A stretch of DNA of 64,000 nt from Chiloscyllium plagiosum (Eukaryota): the NCBI RefSeq assembly GCF_004010195.1, contig NC_057756.1, positions 3,690,785-3,754,784 of the forward strand, in the 5' to 3' direction. Shown here one piece after another: positions 59,440-64,000 of this stretch. Under the pieces are notes generated by a model, which did not search any database, was not told the DNA's origin, and worked only from the letters and a program-made list of their open reading frames with translations. The translations under genes and the position numbers were made by a program. Within the stretch, counting starts at the first letter, position 1, and every line of letters starts with the position of its first letter.

Positions 59440-61537
59440 AAACTTATTAAGTGAAGAAATTGAGGGTTAGGTTAAGAAAAAGAAGGAAGCATACGTCAGA
59501 TATAGACAGGATAGTTCGAGTGAATCCTTAGAAGAGTATAAAGGAAGTACGGGTATACTGAAGAGGTAAATTAGGAGGACAAAAAGGGGACATGAGATAG
59601 CTTTGGCAAATAGAATTAAGGAGAATCCGAAGGGTATTTTACAAATATATTAAGGATAGAAGAGTAACGAGGGAGAGAATTGGGCCCCTCAAAATAAGCA
59701 GAGCGGCCTTTGTGTGGAGCCACAGAAAATGTGGGAGATAATAAAGGAATATTTTGCATCAATATTTACTGTAGAAAAGGATATGGAAGATATAGTCCGT
59801 AGAGAAACAGATGGTGACATCTTGCAAAATGTCCATATTACAGAGGAGGAATTGCTAGATGTCTTGAAACGGTTAAAGTTGAATTAATCACCGGCACCTG
59901 ATCAGGTGTATCCAAAAATTCTGTGAGAAGGTCGAGAAGTGATTGTGGTGCCTCTTGCTGAGATATTTGTATCATCGATAGTCACAGGTGCTGTGCCGGA
60001 AGACTGTAGGTTGGCAAACGTGGTGCCACTGTTTAAGAAGGGCGGTAAAGACAATCCAGGGAACTATAGACCAGAGAGCCTGACCTCAGTGGTGGGTAAA
60101 TTGTTGGAGGGAATACTGAGGGACAGGATGTACATGTATTTGGAAAGACAAGGACTTATCAGGGACTGTCAACATCGTTTTGTGCGTGGGAAATCATGTC
60201 TCACAAACTTGATTGAGTTTTTTGAAGACGTAACAAAGACAATTGATGATGGCAGAGCGGGAGATGTGATTTATATGGGCTTCAGTCAGGCGTTCGACAA
60301 GGTTCCCCATGGGAGACTGATTAGCATGGTTAGATCTCATGGAAGGCAGGGAGAATGAGCCATTTGGATACAGGACACGCTCAAAGGTAGAAGACAGAGG
60401 GTGGTGTTGGAGTGTTGTTTTACATACTGGAGGCCTGTGACCAGTGGAGTGACACAAGGAGCGGTGCTGGTTCCTCTACTTTTTGTCATTTACAAAAATG
60501 ACTTGAATGCAAGCGTAAGAGGTACAGTTAGTAAGTTTGCAGATGACAACAACATTGGAGGAGAAGTGCACAGCGAAGAAGGTTACCTCAGATTACAACA
60601 GGATCTGGACCAGTTGGGCCAATGGGCTGAGAAGTGGCAGGTGGATTTTATTTCAGATAAATGCGAGGTGCTGCATTTTGGGAAAGCAAATCTTAGCAGG
60701 ACTAAAACATTTAATGGTAAGGTCCGAGGCAGTGTTGCTGAACAAAGTGGCCTTGGAGTGCAGGTTAATAGCTCCTTGAAAGGGGAGTCATAGTTAGATA
60801 GGATAGTGAAGAAGGCATTTGGTATGCTTTCCTTTATTGGTCAGAGTATTGAGTACAGGAGTTGGGAGGTCATGTTGCGGTTGTTAAGGAAATTGGTTAG
60901 GCCACTGTTGGAATTTTGCGTGCAAGTCTGATCTCCTTCCTATCGTAAAGATGTTGTGAAACTTGAAAGGGTTCAGAAAAGATTTACAAGTGTGTTGCCA
61001 GGGTTGGAAGATTTGAGCTGTAGGGAAAGGCTGAACAGGCTGAGGCTATTTTCCCTGGAGGGTCGGAGGTTGAGGGGTGACCTTATTGATGATTACAAAA
61101 TTATGAGGTGTCATGTCTAGGATAAATCGGCAAATTATTTTTCCTGGGGTGAGTCCAAAACTAGAGGGCATAGTTTTAGGGTGAGAGGAGAAAGATATAA
61201 AAGAGACCTCAGAGGCAACTTTTTCTCGCAGAAGTTGGTACATGTATGGAATGAGCTCCAAGAGGAAGTGGTGGAGGCTGGTATAATTGCAATATATAAG
61301 AGGCATTTGGATGGGTATATGAATAGGAATGCTTTGGAGGGATATGGACCGGATGCTGGCAGGTGGGACTAGATTGGGTTGGGATATTAGTGGTGCTGGA
61401 ACAGCACAGCAGTTCAGGCAGCATCTGAGGAGCAGTAACATCGACTTTTCAGGCAAAAGCTCTTCTGGTCAGCATGGACAGGTTGTAGCGAAGGGTCTGT
61501 TTCCATGCTGTACATCTCTATGACTCAATGACTCTAA
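59440..61537 (+). mobile_element. 5'-truncated CR1 LINE (most of ORF2 plus 3' tail), disrupted
   Basis: [37 protein letters not shown] and FFSQKLVHVWNELQ; (TATGACTC) tail at 61519-61536. Confidence 0.93.
61388..61465 (-). mobile_element. Very short Penelope-like terminal fragment inserted in the CR1 3' UTR
   Basis: Absent from the sister copy at 26581-26600. Reverse complement GAAGAGCTTTTGCCTGAAAAGTCGATG..GATGCTGCCTGAACTGCTGTGCTG. Confidence 0.8.
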
Positions 61538-62039
61538 ATAGACTGACGAATTTTAATTGGACTTAGAGCCCGAACCCTTGGTCGGATGGTGGTTCTGGTT
61601 TCGTCTTCGGAAAAGAAATAGCTCAGTGAAAAACGCAATACAATGAGAAGAATTTAATTTTAACATGATAAGCCGAACTGACTTAAGGTATGTAGGAAGG
61701 GAAATTCACAATGAAAAGCACATTTTGTACTGCTACTCTAGTCTTTCGACATGGACCAGTCGTGGATTTAAGAAGTACTCTCTAAGAAACTTCGTCGAAT
61801 TTCACCACTGCATCTTCTCAATAGCACACAGTGTTACTACTTGAACGACCGTGTTAGACAGACTGAAAGTTGATCGATGCGATGCCAATCCACTGCACCA
61901 CTTTGCTGTTGATTGGATGAAGACACTTTGACGTCTATAGAGCCGTATTCATCCAAGCAAATGTGCACTATTCCAGCACATTCATAACTTGAGCAATGCA
62001 TGTAATGGACTTGCTTTGCCGATTCTCAATGTGAGCTAT

Positions 62040-62470
62040 TAATTTCAATATTCCCACACTTCGATCGACTTTGCAGTTATTGCATTTATGCAGAAATTAA
62101 GTGTCAGTTTCTCGTCTCATTGATTCTGGTGAATTCAGTGATTGGCATGCCATTGGGTATCAAGGGACCATGGGTATATTGTCTTCAATTTAGAATGATC
62201 ATTGCTTGCAATCTGTGCGGCATGGTTGTTATTTACATATGTTACAATTTCCCATGACATGTGATGGCATTACTTGCCACTTTTAAACCCAAGTCTTGAT
62301 ATTGTACATAAATTATCGCATTTCAATATGGAATTATTGTGCAATCTGAGGAGTCTTAAATAGTGTTGAACATAATGCGATCATTGGCAAGCATCGCTAC
62401 TTCCGAACCTATAATGAAGTCCAGCACATTAATTAAGTAGTTGAAGATAGTTGGACCGATGAAGTTTATT
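62040..62470 (-). mobile_element. Decayed LINE RT fragment (same kind as 19650-21295)
   Basis: TTACTTGCCACTTTTAAACCCAAGTCTTGATATTGT and TTGAACATAATGCGATCATTGGCAAGCATC are complements of W..KWQV and the FADD region. Confidence 0.6.
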
Positions 62471-64000
62471 GTAGTGCACGAGCACAAGCATCCAAATTGG
62501 CCAGCTAGCAACGTCTGCACGACAAAAGCTTTCAAAGCACTTAACTACAATTGGAAATGATCATGTACCACGCACGGTTGTTTGCTCCTCTGATCATTAT
62601 TGATTGCAATTGGAAATGATCTGGAAATTACTGTAAAGAGTAAAATTGCTGAAAGAAACAAATTCATTGTCTATGAGAAACGGTGTATAAACCAACTTTC
62701 TCACGTGTTTAAGGCCATCCATTTTGGCATCTTTCAACACACATTTCATTTTGAGTGTCGATATGGTCTTTAAAATCATAAACATATGGAAGCAATCCTT
62801 GGCTGTTTAATTTTTGTAACACTCTCATAACTGCAATTGCATTCTTGGATAGAATAAGCCTTGCGATTCTATACTGTTTGATAACTGACAAATTAGAACG
62901 TTCCGTAGCTGTTGGCGAGAGTGTGCATCAGAGAGAAATGTCCTCTGTGCTGTTTGTTGTTCAAATGAGATGCAAATTTTAAAAAAAGAGAGAAAAATAT
63001 AAAAACCTTGCTTGAAAGCAATTTGACAATGCCAGATGTTTGTCACAACTGCAAAAAATTGAAACATGCACAAGCACTGTATAAAGCAAAAATATCTTTT
63101 CCCTGTTTTCCATTCCCACACCTTGGACTTTCCAATTGCTTCCTGTCAGTGTGTACGTATGTCCAACGTGATATTTAGATTAGATTTTTAATAGAACTTC
63201 CAGAGTTTGTGCTTGTTAATATTACCTTGAGTGTGCTGTCACCTGCGTGAGTATGATACAATAATTTTGATAAACAGTTATAAAGAGCGACAGACAAGAT
63301 GGCAGAAAAGCAAGGGTGTAAGAGAGACATAGCCATGGAGAATGTGCAAGAAGGACAGATCTATTTTGAAACTCAGCAAACCATCAAGGTACACATCAAG
63401 AGTGATAGGCAAATTCATGAGGAACGAGCATGTTCCACTACACAAACAGATATATGTGTACTTTTCACAGTACATGCAGCTTCCACTGCTGGAAGGTTTG
63501 ACTCAGACTGTGTATCTGGGTTCCTCAGTTTAAGTGGACAAGAAAAGCCAAGGCTGTATTTTCCTTACACACATCTACAACGTTGACTTATTCCATTATT
63601 TGGAAATTAATGGCTCATTCTCAAACCCTTTGCCAATTGAAATCATTCGATGGAGTAAAATTCAAACCACACAATGAAATCGTTTTTGTTCTTTTATGAA
63701 GCAGGCTGCGTTCTGATCATGGGGATTATAGTTCTACTTTGGTTTAGTTCATTCTTACAGATGAAGAATTTAGCTAAGAAAATATTGTGGTGCATGAAAG
63801 TAAAAAGTGTCACCAGCACAGAGAGATGTGACACGAGAAATACTCACGGGTGCATCTGCATATTTGAAACCCAGTCCCAGAAATCATCGCACCAAACAGA
63901 CATTTTCATTTCTCTCTTATCCTTTTGGTATTGATCTGCCTGCTGAACAACAGTGGGAAAATCATTTATGCATTTGCCATTTTTTTCCGGATCTGCTGCT

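Overview
Eukaryotic, repeat-dominated DNA, almost certainly from a cartilaginous fish (shark or ray). The evidence is HE1-type V-SINEs with (TAATC)n tails, their partner HER1-type CR1 LINEs, and Penelope and Gypsy families typical of elasmobranchs. I found no intact host protein-coding gene, tRNA/rRNA gene or CRISPR array. The window is mostly nested, decayed mobile elements. (1) Many CR1 LINE copies, including one full-length copy at 28147-32318 with a 5-bp TSD, an SGNH-esterase ORF1 and an APE-RT ORF2. (2) Two near-complete and two partial Gmr1-like Gypsy LTR retrotransposons with SCAN-like gag; the two near-complete ones show the unusual PR-IN-RT-RH pol order. (3) A Charlie/Buster-group hAT transposon whose transposase has no frameshifts. 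(4) Neptune-type Penelope-like elements, one with an apparently intact minimal hammerhead ribozyme at 47137-47172. (5) V-SINEs, microsatellites, local tandem duplications and two assembly gaps. The remaining unique DNA holds minus-strand exon-like segments that may be remnants of an unidentified multi-exon gene. Boundaries of old elements are approximate, and all family assignments come from motif recognition by eye, not from database searches.
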